From NCBI RefSeq assembly GCF_000006765.1, contig NC_002516.2: a DNA stretch of 64,000 nucleotides; one strand, written 5' to 3'. Position 1 is the stretch's first letter. Each line of letters opens with the position of its first letter. Below the pieces are notes generated by a model. It was not told the DNA's origin. It ran no database searches and worked only from the letters and a program-made list of their open reading frames with translations. Source of the DNA: Pseudomonas aeruginosa PAO1. GTDB taxonomy: Bacteria; Pseudomonadota; Gammaproteobacteria; Pseudomonadales; Pseudomonadaceae. Positions 18,162-28,519 of the stretch are shown here, piece by piece. A program made the translations under genes and the position numbers.

Positions 18162-21100
18162 TCAGAAATCGCGCTTGAAGAACAGGTCCAGCGAACTGGC
18201 CAGGCCGCTCGCCGCTTCGAGATAGAGGCGTTTGGTCAACTGGTAGCGCAAGGCGATGGTATTTGCCGGTTCGAACACTCCAACACCATAGCGCAGGCTG
18301 AGCTTGTCGGTGATATTCCCGCTGGCGACCACGCTGGTGCTGTTGCCGGTGCCCTCGGTGTCCAGCTGGAAGTCCTGGATGCCGAGCTGCTTGGCGATTT
18401 CCCCGGTGAGCGGTGCGCTACCGGCCAGGCCCAGGGCCAGGGCCGCCTCGCCGAGCATGTTGCTGTCTTCGCCGGTGCTCATCGGCCGCCCCAGCACCAG
18501 GTAGGACAGCGCCTGCTCCTGGCTCATCGCCGGTTCGGAGAATACCGCGCTGGTCGGCTGCTCGGCGCTGCCGGTCAGGCGCAGGCCGGCGACCACGTCG
18601 TCGACCCGGCGGATCGCCTCGATATCCAGGTACGGCTGGTCGATCGGTCCGGCGAAGAACAGCCGCGCCCTACGGATCGTCAGGCGCTGGCCGTAGGCAC
18701 GATAGCGGCCCTTGTTCAGGTTCAGCTCGCCGCGGGTATCCAGGTTGTCGCCGATGTGCAGGTGGCCGGCCAGTTCGGCGCTGAGGCCGAAGCCGGAAAA
18801 CGCCAGCTTGTCCTGGCCGACCTCGACATCGATGTCCATCTTCATCTTCAGCGGCCGCTGCGCGGGCTGCTCGGAGCCGACGATCACCGCGTCGTCGGAG
18901 ACCTTGACCGTGGATGGCGGCAACTGGCGGATGGTGATGTCGCCACGCGGCACCAGGACCTTGCCGGAGATCGCCAGCTCCTGCCCGGCCATGCCGATCT
19001 TCAGGTCCGGTTCCACCTCCAGTTGCGCATAGGGATCGACCACCACCGGCAGGCGGTTGCCACGGATGTTCAGGGCGACGTTCAGCGCGTCGCCCCAGCT
19101 CAGGTTGCCGGACAGGCTGCCCTGGCCGTACCTGCCGCTGCGCCAGCCGCCGCCGAGTTCCAGGCTTTCGCCAGCGATGCGAGCGTCGAGGGAAAGGTTC
19201 TCGAAGCTGGTCGGCAGCTCGCCGCCGCCAATGTTGCCGTCGCTCAGCGTCACCCGTCCGTCGACCCGCGGCGCCAGCAGGCCGCCGGACAGCCGGCCGC
19301 TGCCGTTCAGCCTGCCTTGCAGTTTCTCCACCATCGGCACGAACGGGCGCGCCAGCGACAGGTCGAGGCCGGCCAGGCTGAACTCGCCGCTCAGCGGCTT
19401 GCTCGCCGGGCGCGGGTCGATCTGCGCCTGCACCCGCAACTCGCCGAGCTTCGGTCCGCGGAAGTCGAGGGAGGTATCGACGCGGTTGGGCGCCAACCGG
19501 CTCTCCAGGCGCAGGCTGTCGTAGCCGACGTCGACCCACTGGCCCTGGTCGCGCAGGCGCAGCGTACCGCTGCCGGCGTCCAGGCTGACCACGCCGCTCG
19601 GGCCGCGGGCCGGAACGTCCAGTTGCAGGTCGCCGTTCAGCTTGCCCTGCCAGGCGAAGTCCTCGGGGAACCATTGCTTCAGGCTGTCCAGCGGGAAGTC
19701 GCGCAGGGTGTAGCGCAGCCGCGGCTCGGGCAGCAGGCGCTGCTCGCCGCCGCAGAGGCTGGCGGCGCCGGATACCCAGCAATGTGCGCCGAAATTGACC
19801 CTGCCGTCGGCCAACCGCTCCAGGCGCGCCGGCTGCTGTAGCTTCCAGTCCTGGCCGCCACTGCTCAACTCGCCGCGCGCCAGGCGACCGCGCCAGTTGC
19901 CGCGCTCCAGTTGCCCGTCGAAGGCCAGGCCGAGCTTGAGCAAGGCACCTTGCAGGTCCAGTTCCAGTTGCTGGCGGCGTTGGTCGCCGCGGGCATTGGC
20001 CTTGAACAGGCCGAGGTCGGTTTCGCCGCTGCGCAGGCCGGAAGCGACCAGCGCCAGGGTGCCGTTCTGCCGGGCATCGAGGTTCGCCTGCAGGTCGAGG
20101 CCGGCGATGCGCTGCTCGGCGTAGGCGATCTGCTGTCCCTTGAGGTTCAGCCTGCCTTGCGGCGCCGCGAGGCTGCCAGCCAGGTCGAGGCGTCCGTCGA
20201 GGCGACCGAAGAGTTGCGGCCAAAGCTGGCCGAGACGGTTCAGGGCGATGTCCAGGCGGCCTTGCAGGCGCTGGTCGAGCGCCCCGCTGCCCTGAACCTT
20301 GTTATCCCCCAGGCGCAGGTCGAGGTTGCCCAGCGTCCAGCGCTGCCCCTCGCCTTCGGCGCGCGCCTGGAATAGCGCCGGCTGGCCGCGCAGGCGGCCC
20401 TTGACGTCGAGATCCACGCCCAACGCCAGCCGCTCGTCGCGAACACTTCCCTGGCTACGCAAGGGACCGGCCAGTGAACCCGGCAGCTCGGCGACCCAGT
20501 AAGCCGGGTTCAGTTCGCTGAGCTGCAGGGCGGTATCCCAAGCCACGCCATTGTCGAAACGCAACGTCACCCTCCCCTCGGCCTGGCCTTGCCCGGCGCG
20601 GAGCTGCAGCGACGGCAGGTTGAGCTGGACGAGGTCGCCGGACACCGGGCTGGCCAGCGTGAAGTCGCCCGCCGGACCGCTCGCCGCCGCGCTGAAATTG
20701 CCCAGGTAGCGCTGGTCCTGGTAATGCACTTCCGCCTTGAAGGTCTTCAGCGTCACCGGCGGCGGCTCCGCCAGCGGATACAGGCGCAGCCAGGGGAAAT
20801 CCTTCCAGTCCAGGGTCGCGTCGGCGGCCAGGCTTTCGCGCCAGTCCAGGCGTCCGACCAGCTCCAGGCGCTGCTCGCCGCCAGCGTCCAGGCGCAGTTG
20901 GCGGATATCCGCGCCCTGGGCGTCGACCCGCCCGTCCAGGCTCAACGCCACCGCCCCGCCCTCGCCCGGCAGGCTGGCGCCGCCGCGGATCAGGTAACCG
21001 CTCTTGAGATCGCCGCTGGCATCGAGCTGGATGGCATTCAGGGTCAAGGTGTCCGGTAGTCCGGCCGCCCCCTTGAAACCGTCGGCGCGGATCAGCAATC

Positions 21101-21827
21101 GTGCCGGCAGGTTTTCCGCCAGCGCCTGCAACTGTCCTTCCAGGCTGCCGTCCAGGTAACCGCTGCTGCGGCCTTTCAGGGTCAGCGCCTGCTGCAGCTC
21201 ACCGCCGACCTGGACGGCCAGCTTCCACGGCTTGCCTTCGGGAGCGGGCAGGCCGAGCGTGGCTTCGGCCTGCAAGGGCCAGTCGCCGCTCGGCTGCAAG
21301 CGCCCCTGGAGCGCCAGGTCCAGGCCGAAGCCCCGCGCCGTCAGCGAGTCGATGTGCAGGCCGTCGGCCAGCCAATGGGCCGCCAGCTTGAGTTCGGCGA
21401 CCTGCTGGTTGCCGTCGAGCAGGAAGCTGCCGACCGCCACTTCGCCGAGCTCGATGCTCAGCGGCAGTTTCAGCGTCGGCAGGCTGATCGGCCCGCTGTC
21501 GGCGCTGTCGCCGCTCGGCGGCAGGTCCAGCGCGACCCGTTCGGCGGCCACCCGCTGCAGGCACAGGCGCAGCCCCGCCAGGCAGGCCGGCGACCAGCGC
21601 AGTTCCGGCCGCTCGACGACCAGTTGCGTACCGTCCTGCGCCCAGGACAGTCGCTGTGCCTGCCAGGCGCCACCGAGGCGACCCTCGAAGCCGCTGACCT
21701 GCAGGCCCGGCACGCGGCCGAGCAGCCAGGCGCTGCCGGTCTGGGTGCCGAGCAGCGCAGCGAGTCCCAGGAGCAACGCGAGGAGCAGCCCGACTATGGC
21801 CAGCAAGGTGATCTTCAGCGCCTTCAC
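18162..21827 (-). CDS. tamB: Translocation and assembly module subunit TamB
   Basis: GTG start at 21827 (MKALKITLL) overlapping the tamA stop; N-terminal TM, long beta-rich body, DUF490-like C-terminus (LDLFFKRDF); 1221 aa. Confidence 0.92.
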   Translation of the reverse strand: MKALKITLLAIVGLLLALLLGLAALLGTQTGSAWLLGRVPGLQVSGFEGRLGGAWQAQRLSWAQDGTQLVVERPELRWSPACLAGLRLCLQRVAAERVALDLPPSGDSADSGPISLPTLKLPLSIELGEVAVGSFLLDGNQQVAELKLAAHWLADGLHIDSLTARGFGLDLALQGRLQPSGDWPLQAEATLGLPAPEGKPWKLAVQVGGELQQALTLKGRSSGYLDGSLEGQLQALAENLPARLLIRADGFKGAAGLPDTLTLNAIQLDASGDLKSGYLIRGGASLPGEGGAVALSLDGRVDAQGADIRQLRLDAGGEQRLELVGRLDWRESLAADATLDWKDFPWLRLYPLAEPPPVTLKTFKAEVHYQDQRYLGNFSAAASGPAGDFTLASPVSGDLVQLNLPSLQLRAGQGQAEGRVTLRFDNGVAWDTALQLSELNPAYWVAELPGSLAGPLRSQGSVRDERLALGVDLDVKGRLRGQPALFQARAEGEGQRWTLGNLDLRLGDNKVQGSGALDQRLQGRLDIALNRLGQLWPQLFGRLDGRLDLAGSLAAPQGRLNLKGQQIAYAEQRIAGLDLQANLDARQNGTLALVASGLRSGETDLGLFKANARGDQRRQQLELDLQGALLKLGLAFDGQLERGNWRGRLARGELSSGGQDWKLQQPARLERLADGRVNFGAHCWVSGAASLCGGEQRLLPEPRLRYTLRDFPLDSLKQWFPEDFAWQGKLNGDLQLDVPARGPSGVVSLDAGSGTLRLRDQGQWVDVGYDSLRLESRLAPNRVDTSLDFRGPKLGELRVQAQIDPRPASKPLSGEFSLAGLDLSLARPFVPMVEKLQGRLNGSGRLSGGLLAPRVDGRVTLSDGNIGGGELPTSFENLSLDARIAGESLELGGGWRSGRYGQGSLSGNLSWGDALNVALNIRGNRLPVVVDPYAQLEVEPDLKIGMAGQELAISGKVLVPRGDITIRQLPPSTVKVSDDAVIVGSEQPAQRPLKMKMDIDVEVGQDKLAFSGFGLSAELAGHLHIGDNLDTRGELNLNKGRYRAYGQRLTIRRARLFFAGPIDQPYLDIEAIRRVDDVVAGLRLTGSAEQPTSAVFSEPAMSQEQALSYLVLGRPMSTGEDSNMLGEAALALGLAGSAPLTGEIAKQLGIQDFQLDTEGTGNSTSVVASGNITDKLSLRYGVGVFEPANTIALRYQLTKRLYLEAASGLASSLDLFFKRDF

Positions 21828-23563
21828 AGTTCTGGCCCCATGGAGAAGTGCAGGCGGAAACCGCCGTCGTCGTCGAGCGCATGGGCCAGGTCGAGGCGCA
21901 ACGGGCCGACCGGCGAGACCCAGCGCACGCCGAAGCCGACCCCGGTCTTGATCGACGGGAAGTCCAGCGAGTTGAAGGCGTTGCCCTGGTCGACGAAGGT
22001 CGCCAGGCGCCAGCGCTCGGCCAGCGGATATTGATACTCGACGCTGCCGGCGATCATGTAGCGGCCGCCGATCTTGTCGCCATCGGAATTCTCCGGCGAC
22101 AGCGTCCGGTAGTCGTAGCCACGCACGCTCTGGTCGCCGCCAGCGAAGAAGCGCAGCGAGGGCGGGATCGACTTGTAGTCGTTGGTGGCGATTCCGCCTA
22201 CCTGCAGGCGGCCGAGCAGGCGATGGCCGCCGGCGAAGCTGGTCAGGCCCTTGGCCATGGCGTCGACATGGAGGACGTCGGCGTCGGCCAGCAGGCCTTC
22301 CTTCGCCCCCTTGACGTTGAACTGCAGGCGGTAGCCATGGCTGGGGTCGACCTTGTTGTCGGTCTCCAGCAGCGAGTAGCCGATCCCCGGCATCAGGAAG
22401 CTGCTCAGCCCGGAGTCGTCGCCCAGCTTGTACTCCTCGCGCATCCAGTTCAGCGAAACCACCCGCTGCCAGCCATCGGGCCGCTTGCTGTGCCATTCGC
22501 CGCCAAGGGTCAGCAGCTTGCTCTCGGTGTCGACCAGGTCTTCGAACTGGTAGCCGCTGGTGAAGCGCAGCTTGTCGGTGAGCGGCGGATCGAGGGGAAT
22601 CTCGTACCAGGCGCCGACGTTCTGCCGTGGTGCGGAGATTTCCGACTCGAATCCCAGGCTATGTCCTTCGGCATTCACCCAATGGCGGGTCCAGTTGAAC
22701 CTCGCGCGCGCCCCGACGTCGGTCGAGAAACCGAGGCCGACGCCCATGGTCCGGGGCTTGCGCGCCTCCAGCCGGACCGCTACCGGGATCGCCTGGCGCG
22801 CGCCGTCGGCCTGCGCCTGGGTCGGCGCGGCGTCGACCCGCACGCCCTCGAAGTAGCCGCTGGATTGCAGGTTCTGGTTGAGTTCGGCGATCAGTTCGGA
22901 GTCATAGGGTTGGCCGGCCTTGAACGGCACCATGCGGCGCAACAGTTCTTCCTCGATGATCGAGTCGCCGTCGAAGCTCACCTTGCCGAAGGTGTAGCGC
23001 TGGCCGCTGTCGTAGACCAGGTCGATGTCGGCGATGCCGGCGCGCGGATCGATGCTCAGGCGCTGGGTGCTGAAGCGGCCCTGGAAGAAGCCGTAGCGCG
23101 AGGCCTGGTTCTGGATCAGCCGCTTGGCATCCTCGTAGACACCCTGGTTCAGCTTCGCGCCCGGTTTCAGCTGCTTGCCCGACGGCAAGCGGAAGCTCTC
23201 CAGGCTGGCGGCCTCGCCGAGCACCTGGATATTCACCTGGCGCAGGCGCACGGGCTCGCCGGGCACTACCTTGAGCGTGAGCTTCGGCGGCTTGCCGTCC
23301 TTCACCTCGCTGTCGATCTGCGCCTGGAAGTAGCCGAGCGCCTGGGCCGCCTTTTCCGCCTGCGCTTCGGCATTGCGGCGGAAACGTTGCAACGCCGCTT
23401 CGTCCCGCTCGCCGAGGCTACCCACATAGGCCTCGATATTGGCCTTCAGGGCGGCATTGGCGGGGGTGACGCGCACGCTAAGCTGGCTCTCCGCGAAGGC
23501 GGCCGTACTCAGGCACAGCAGCCCGGCCAGCGGGAACCGGAACAATCCTTGAGTCAGTCTCAT
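21824..23563 (-). CDS. tamA: Omp85-family autotransporter assembly protein TamA
   Basis: Signal peptide, POTRA repeats, [24 protein letters not shown]; 579 aa. Confidence 0.93.
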   Translation of the reverse strand: MRLTQGLFRFPLAGLLCLSTAAFAESQLSVRVTPANAALKANIEAYVGSLGERDEAALQRFRRNAEAQAEKAAQALGYFQAQIDSEVKDGKPPKLTLKVVPGEPVRLRQVNIQVLGEAASLESFRLPSGKQLKPGAKLNQGVYEDAKRLIQNQASRYGFFQGRFSTQRLSIDPRAGIADIDLVYDSGQRYTFGKVSFDGDSIIEEELLRRMVPFKAGQPYDSELIAELNQNLQSSGYFEGVRVDAAPTQAQADGARQAIPVAVRLEARKPRTMGVGLGFSTDVGARARFNWTRHWVNAEGHSLGFESEISAPRQNVGAWYEIPLDPPLTDKLRFTSGYQFEDLVDTESKLLTLGGEWHSKRPDGWQRVVSLNWMREEYKLGDDSGLSSFLMPGIGYSLLETDNKVDPSHGYRLQFNVKGAKEGLLADADVLHVDAMAKGLTSFAGGHRLLGRLQVGGIATNDYKSIPPSLRFFAGGDQSVRGYDYRTLSPENSDGDKIGGRYMIAGSVEYQYPLAERWRLATFVDQGNAFNSLDFPSIKTGVGFGVRWVSPVGPLRLDLAHALDDDGGFRLHFSMGPEL

Positions 23564-23696
23564 GGCGCGGATGCTACGCAGGCGGGTGGCGCGCGTCCAG
23601 ATTTGCGCGGACGCCGCCGACCACCTCCTGACATTCGGGTTTTATGACGCCAAGCGCCTGACAGGCATGGCTTTTCTCGCGCGTCCGGGGGAACGC

Positions 23697-24329
23697 TCAG
23701 GTCGCCGCCGGCGTCTCGCCAGGATGCAGGAGGACGTGCTCGCGCACCGCTCCCAGCGTCACCTCGCCGATCTCGCGGTAGCCGTGCCGCTGGTAGAAGT
23801 CCAGGTAGCGCGCATTGCCGGTATCCAGGACCAGCCCCTGCGAAGCGGAGTCCTCGGCGCACCAGCGCTGCACGGCCGCCAGCAACTGCTCGCCGATCTG
23901 CCTGCCCTGGTACTCGGGATGCACGCCGAGCATCGGCAACTGGTGGTGGGGGCCGACCGGCAGGCAGGCCTGCACCGCCCGGTGGTAATCCAGGTAGCGC
24001 CGGGTCGCGGCCAGGCCGACGCTGAACAGCATGCGCAGGCGCCAGCTCCAGCTCTCGGTGATATCCAGGCGCCGCTGCGGCGGCGTGATCAGGGCCGCCG
24101 CGACCAGCCGATCGTCGATGAACAGGCCGATGGCCGGCAACTCTTCGCCCAGATGGCGCTCGACCATCTCCCGGACGCAGGCACGCACGCGCTGGTCGTA
24201 GCCGGCGCGCTGCGCATCCATCAGGTAGGCGAAGGTCGGTTCGTGGCGGTAGGCGTGGTAGAAAAGCGAGCGGACTTCGCGACTATAGCCGTCGTCGAGC
24301 AGACGGACATCGGTGACCTGATCAGGCAT
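23697..24329 (-). CDS. GNAT-family acetyltransferase
   Basis: Start MPDQVT at 24329; [13 protein letters not shown] motif A, YQRHGY. Confidence 0.8.
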   Translation of the reverse strand: MPDQVTDVRLLDDGYSREVRSLFYHAYRHEPTFAYLMDAQRAGYDQRVRACVREMVERHLGEELPAIGLFIDDRLVAAALITPPQRRLDITESWSWRLRMLFSVGLAATRRYLDYHRAVQACLPVGPHHQLPMLGVHPEYQGRQIGEQLLAAVQRWCAEDSASQGLVLDTGNARYLDFYQRHGYREIGEVTLGAVREHVLLHPGETPAAT

Positions 24330-24554
24330 GGAACGCATTCCTTGTCGGCCGCCGGCGCAGCGACACGCACGCTTCGCCACGGCGATTGGTCGAGCGGATG
24401 GCCTGGCCATCCCCGTCCGCGGCAGACCACAGGGCCGGCAAGGCGCCAAGCCACACAGCCATCGGGTACCCGGCGGACACTAGCACAGCGCCTCCAGGGT
24501 CGCCAGGCATCCCCCGGCTGGGCTAGCATTCCTGTTTTTGCCAGGACGCCCACC

Positions 24555-25367
24555 ATGAAAATCGTCTCTTTCAATATCAACGGTCTGCGCGCCCGGCCGC
24601 ACCAGTTGGCGGCGCTGATCGAGCGGCACCAGCCCGACGTGATCGGGCTGCAGGAAACCAAGGTCGCCGACGACCAGTTTCCCCAGGCCGAGATCGAGGC
24701 GCTCGGCTACCACGTCCACTACCACGGGCAGAAAGGCCACTACGGCGTCGCCCTGCTCTCCCGCCAGGCGCCCCTGGAACTGCATCGCGGCTTCCCGAGC
24801 GACGGCGAGGAATCCCAGCGGCGCTTCATCTGGGGCACCTTCAGCGACGCCCAGGGCAACCCGATCACCGTGATGAACGGTTACTTCCCGCAAGGCGAGA
24901 ACCGCGAGCATCCGACCAAGTTCCCGGCCAAGCAGCGCTTCTACGCCGATCTCCAGTCGCTGCTGGAGAACAGCTTCAAGCCCGAGCAGGCCCTGGTGGT
25001 GATGGGCGACATCAATATCTCGCCGGAGGACTGCGACATCGGCATTGGCGAGGAAAACCGCAAGCGCTGGCTGAAGACCGGCAAGTGCAGCTTCCTGCCG
25101 GAAGAGCGCGAATGGCTGGCTACCTTGAAGAACTGGGGCCTGGTCGACAGCTTCCGGGCCCTGAATCCGGAGGTGAACGACCGCTTCAGCTGGTTCGACT
25201 ACCGCAGCCGTGGCTTCGAGGACAACCCCAAGCGCGGCCTGCGCATCGATGTGATCCTGGCCAGCCGGGTGCTGCAGTCGCGCTTCAAGGACGCCGGCAT
25301 CGACTACGACCTGCGCGGCATGGAGAAACCCTCCGATCACGCCCCGATCTGGCTGGAACTGGCCTGA
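24555..25367 (+). CDS. xthA: Exodeoxyribonuclease III
   Basis: [29 protein letters not shown]; 270 aa. Confidence 0.95.
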   Translation: MKIVSFNINGLRARPHQLAALIERHQPDVIGLQETKVADDQFPQAEIEALGYHVHYHGQKGHYGVALLSRQAPLELHRGFPSDGEESQRRFIWGTFSDAQGNPITVMNGYFPQGENREHPTKFPAKQRFYADLQSLLENSFKPEQALVVMGDINISPEDCDIGIGEENRKRWLKTGKCSFLPEEREWLATLKNWGLVDSFRALNPEVNDRFSWFDYRSRGFEDNPKRGLRIDVILASRVLQSRFKDAGIDYDLRGMEKPSDHAPIWLELA

Positions 25368-25380
25368 GGCTCAGCCCAAG

Positions 25381-25407
25381 GAAAAGGCTCATCCCCGGAT
25401 GAGCCTT
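25381..25407. terminator. Intrinsic terminator hairpin between convergent genes
   Basis: AAGGCTCATCC-CC-GGATGAGCCTT, with a U-tract on the minus strand. Confidence 0.6.
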
Positions 25408-25476
25408 CAGGCGATCGCTACCTGGTCCGGGCGATCTCGCCGACGCCGCCCCCCTATCCGGCGCGGGGCCTTTCCC

Positions 25477-25908
25477 TCAGGCAGGACTGTCCACCCGCGG
25501 CCCCTTCAGCTCCACTCGATTGCCATCCGGGTCGAAGAAGTACAGCGACCAGCCGTCGCCCTCGGCGCCGAAGCGGATTTCCGCGGGAACCTGCGGGACC
25601 AGGCCGAACCCCTCGAGATGGGCGACCAGCGCGGCCTCGTCGAACGGCTCGATGCGCACGCAGAAATGGTCGACGTTTCGCCCTTCCCCACCCGGAGCCG
25701 CACCGCCCTCCCGGCCGAGCGCCCCGGACACCGCGACCAGATCGAGCATCGACGTGCCCAGGCGCAGATGGGCCAGCTCCAGGTCGTCGCGCCACTTCAC
25801 CACCACGCAACCGAGGACATCGCGATAGAAAGCGATGCTGCGTTCCAGGTCGCGGACCCGCAGGACGATGTGATCGAGACGTTCGACGACGAAGGGTTGC
25901 ATGGTCAT
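25477..25908 (-). CDS. VOC/glyoxalase-family protein
   Basis: LDHIVLRVRDLERSIAFY, DHFC, YFFDPDGNRVEL. Confidence 0.9.
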   Translation of the reverse strand: MTMQPFVVERLDHIVLRVRDLERSIAFYRDVLGCVVVKWRDDLELAHLRLGTSMLDLVAVSGALGREGGAAPGGEGRNVDHFCVRIEPFDEAALVAHLEGFGLVPQVPAEIRFGAEGDGWSLYFFDPDGNRVELKGPRVDSPA

Positions 25909-25998
25909 TCACCTCTTGGACCGTGGACTATGGCAAGACTTTAGCCAGCACACCTCGGGTTGATAATGGTTTAATCCCTGATTCATTGATTACTGACA

Positions 25999-26916
25999 GT
26001 GAATTATCCCGTGGATCACCTCACCGCTCTCAAGGTCTTCCGCGCCGTGGCCGCGAATGGCGGCTTCGCCGCCGCGGCCCGGCAGATGAATCTCTCGCCG
26101 GCCGCCGTGAGCAAGAACGTCGCCGAGCTGGAAGCGCACCTCAAGGTGCGCCTGATCAATCGCACCACCCGCAGCATGAGCCTGACCGAGGCCGGCGAAG
26201 TCTACCGGCAGCGCCTGGAGCGCATCCTCGACGACCTCGAGGCCGCCGACGCCGCGCTCACTTCGATGCAGCAGGGCCCCAGCGGCCTGCTGCGGGTCAG
26301 CGCCCCGCTGACCCTCGCCCTCACCTGCCTGACCCCGGCCATTCCGGCTTTTCTCCAGCGTTATCCGGAGCTGCGCCTGGAACTGCTCCTGCAGGACGGC
26401 CGCCAGGACCTGATCGCCGAAGGCATCGACCTGGCCCTGCGTGGTAGCGACCGGGTTGCGGACTCCGGCCTGGTCGCCCGCCCGCTGCTGGTCCTGGAGC
26501 ACGTGCTCTGCGCGGCGCCGGCCTACCTCAGTCAGCATGGCCAGCCGCTGCGGCCGGAGGCCCTGCGCGAACACGAGTGCATCCGCTTCAGCCTCTCTGG
26601 CCATGCCGACCGCTGGACCTTCCGCAAGGACCGCGAGTGCATAGCGGTGCCTATCGCCGGCCGTTACCGGGTGTCCTCCAGCCTGGCGGTGCGCGATGCC
26701 CTGCTCGCCGGCTTCGGCTTGAGCCTGATCCCACGGCTGTACGTACAGGCGGAACTGGCCGAAGGCCGCCTGGTTGAATTGCTGGCTGACTGGAAGGCCG
26801 ACGAGACGGCGATCCACGCGGTCTATCCATCGCGCCAACTGGCCGGCAAGACCCGGGTGTTTCTCGACTTCCTGACCGAGACAATGGCGCAGGGCCATGA
26901 TTCCCCAACGCTGTAA
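25999..26916 (+). CDS. LysR-family regulator
   Basis: GFAAAARQMNLSPAAVSKNVAELEAHL HTH; 305 aa; divergent from the VOC gene. Confidence 0.92.
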   Translation: MNYPVDHLTALKVFRAVAANGGFAAAARQMNLSPAAVSKNVAELEAHLKVRLINRTTRSMSLTEAGEVYRQRLERILDDLEAADAALTSMQQGPSGLLRVSAPLTLALTCLTPAIPAFLQRYPELRLELLLQDGRQDLIAEGIDLALRGSDRVADSGLVARPLLVLEHVLCAAPAYLSQHGQPLRPEALREHECIRFSLSGHADRWTFRKDRECIAVPIAGRYRVSSSLAVRDALLAGFGLSLIPRLYVQAELAEGRLVELLADWKADETAIHAVYPSRQLAGKTRVFLDFLTETMAQGHDSPTL

Positions 26917-26928
26917 CCTTAGCGTCAC
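26911..26928 (+). promoter_or_regulatory. Candidate Pho box
   Basis: CTGTAAC-CTTA-GCGTCAC (7-4-7 spacing) upstream of the PstS-like gene. Confidence 0.5.
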
Positions 26929-26975
26929 CCGTCTGACTTAATCTCGCCGGCAAATCCCTTCCCCCATAGAAGACG

Positions 26976-28370
26976 ATGCCCGCGATGCCACACCGCCAGC
27001 GCGCCAGTGACAAAGACCTCTGGAGCCGTACCCTGAGCCTGGTTTTCCTCGGATTCCTCTGTTACGCCTTCCCCTGGTCGGTATTCGCCGCCCCCTTGCC
27101 GATCCCCACGGACGACACGCCGGCGCTGCGCATCCAGGGTTCCAACACCATCGGCGCGAAGCTCCTGCCGGCCCTGGTCGAGGGCCTGATGGAAGAGGAA
27201 GGCCTGGAGGATATCCGCCGTACCCCCGGAGAACGGGAAAACGAACTCCATCTGCTCGGCAAGAGCCGCGACGGCCGCCTGGTGAGGGTGGAGCTATCCG
27301 CCCACGGTTCGAGCACCGGCTTCACCGCCCTCCTCGAACGCCACGCCGAACTCGCCGCGGCCTCGCGTCCCGTCAAGGACAGCGAAGTTCGCGCCCTGGC
27401 CGGCTTCGGCGACCTGCGCAGCCCATATGCCGAGCAGGTGATCGCCATCGACGGACTGGCGATCATCCTGCATCCGGACAACCCGCTGGCCTCGCTGGAC
27501 ACCGCGCAAATGGCGGCGGTGTTCGCCGGCGAGGTGCATACCTGGGAAGAACTGGGCGGCAAGGGCGGCGCCATCCGCCTGTACGCTCGCGACGAGCAGT
27601 CCGGCACCTACGACACCTTCAAGGAACTGGTGCTGGCCAGTCACGGCAAAAGCCTGGCCAGCGACGCCCGCCGCTTCGAATCCAACGATCGGCTGGCGGC
27701 CGCGGTGAGCGCCGATCCGCACGCCATCGGCTTCGTCGGCATCGCGTCGGTGGGCCGGGCCCGCGCCTTGGCCATCGCCGACGGCGAATCGCTGCCGATG
27801 GCGCCCCAGGAAAGCCTGATCGCCACCGAGGACTATCCGCTGTCGCGCCGCCTGTTCCTCTACCTGAAGCCCGGCGAGAAGAACCCCTGGGCCCAGGCCC
27901 TGGTACGTTTCGCCCAGGGCCCGCGCGGCCAGGCGATCGTCACCCGCAGCGGCTTCGTCGCGCAGAAGATCCAGGCGGTGCAGATCGCACCGCGCCCGCA
28001 GATGCCCGCCGAATACCGCAAGCTCGCGGAACAGGCGCGGCGCCTGACGGTGAACTTCCGCTTCCAGGAAGGCAGCGCGCTGCTCGACAACAAGGCACTG
28101 CTCGACGTACAGCGTTTGCTGGACTACCTGCGGCAAAATCGGAAGTTGCAGGAGCGCACCGTGCTGGTGGGCTTCGGCGATCCCAAGTCCGACGCCGAGC
28201 GCTCGGTCCTGCTTTCGCGCCTGCGCGCCATGGCCGTGCGCCGCGAACTGGCCCGCGGCGGCGTGAGTTTCCGCGAGATCGCCGGCTTCGGCGACGAGTT
28301 GCCGGTCGCCAGCAACGACCAGGAACTGGGCCGACAGAAGAACCGGCGGGTGGAAGTCTGGGTCTACTGA
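26976..28370 (+). CDS. PstS-like phosphate-binding domain fused to an OmpA/MotB peptidoglycan-binding domain
   Basis: GSNTIG, HGSSTG, RDEQSGT PBP motifs; C-terminal LSRLRAMAV and NRRVEV OmpA_C motifs. Confidence 0.87.
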   Translation: MPAMPHRQRASDKDLWSRTLSLVFLGFLCYAFPWSVFAAPLPIPTDDTPALRIQGSNTIGAKLLPALVEGLMEEEGLEDIRRTPGERENELHLLGKSRDGRLVRVELSAHGSSTGFTALLERHAELAAASRPVKDSEVRALAGFGDLRSPYAEQVIAIDGLAIILHPDNPLASLDTAQMAAVFAGEVHTWEELGGKGGAIRLYARDEQSGTYDTFKELVLASHGKSLASDARRFESNDRLAAAVSADPHAIGFVGIASVGRARALAIADGESLPMAPQESLIATEDYPLSRRLFLYLKPGEKNPWAQALVRFAQGPRGQAIVTRSGFVAQKIQAVQIAPRPQMPAEYRKLAEQARRLTVNFRFQEGSALLDNKALLDVQRLLDYLRQNRKLQERTVLVGFGDPKSDAERSVLLSRLRAMAVRRELARGGVSFREIAGFGDELPVASNDQELGRQKNRRVEVWVY

Positions 28371-28442
28371 ACGCTGTAGCACTTTGTAACCTCGCCGTTT
28401 TGCCGGCGCCCGGAGCCTGGTTTATTTTTTCCGAGTGACTGC

Positions 28443-28518
28443 GGGCCCCTCTGACGGTAAGCAATTGCCGCCATGTCGGAGTCACATGACCATCCGACAA
28501 TTCGAAGCGAGGGGGCCC
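28443..28518 (+). ncRNA. Structured cis-regulatory leader of terC (candidate terC RNA motif / orphan riboswitch)
   Basis: P1 GGGCCCCTC pairs with GAGGGGGCCC (contains the SD); P2 CGGTAA-GCAA-TTGCCG with GNRA loop; P3 TGTCGGA...TCCGACA. Confidence 0.6.
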
Positions 28519-28519
28519 A

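Noticed and set aside
21828-22496. N-terminal extension making TamB 1444 aa
   Set aside because: Overlaps tamA out of frame; GTG at 21827 with a TM anchor and a GTGA overlap is the sensible start
23562-24554. Apparent 601-aa XthA fusion
   Set aside because: The extension is antisense to the GNAT gene; the ExoIII sequence begins at ATG 24555
28374-28390. CTGTAGC/TTGTAAC Pho-like pair upstream of terC
   Set aside because: Half-sites are 10 bp apart rather than 11, with weak matches
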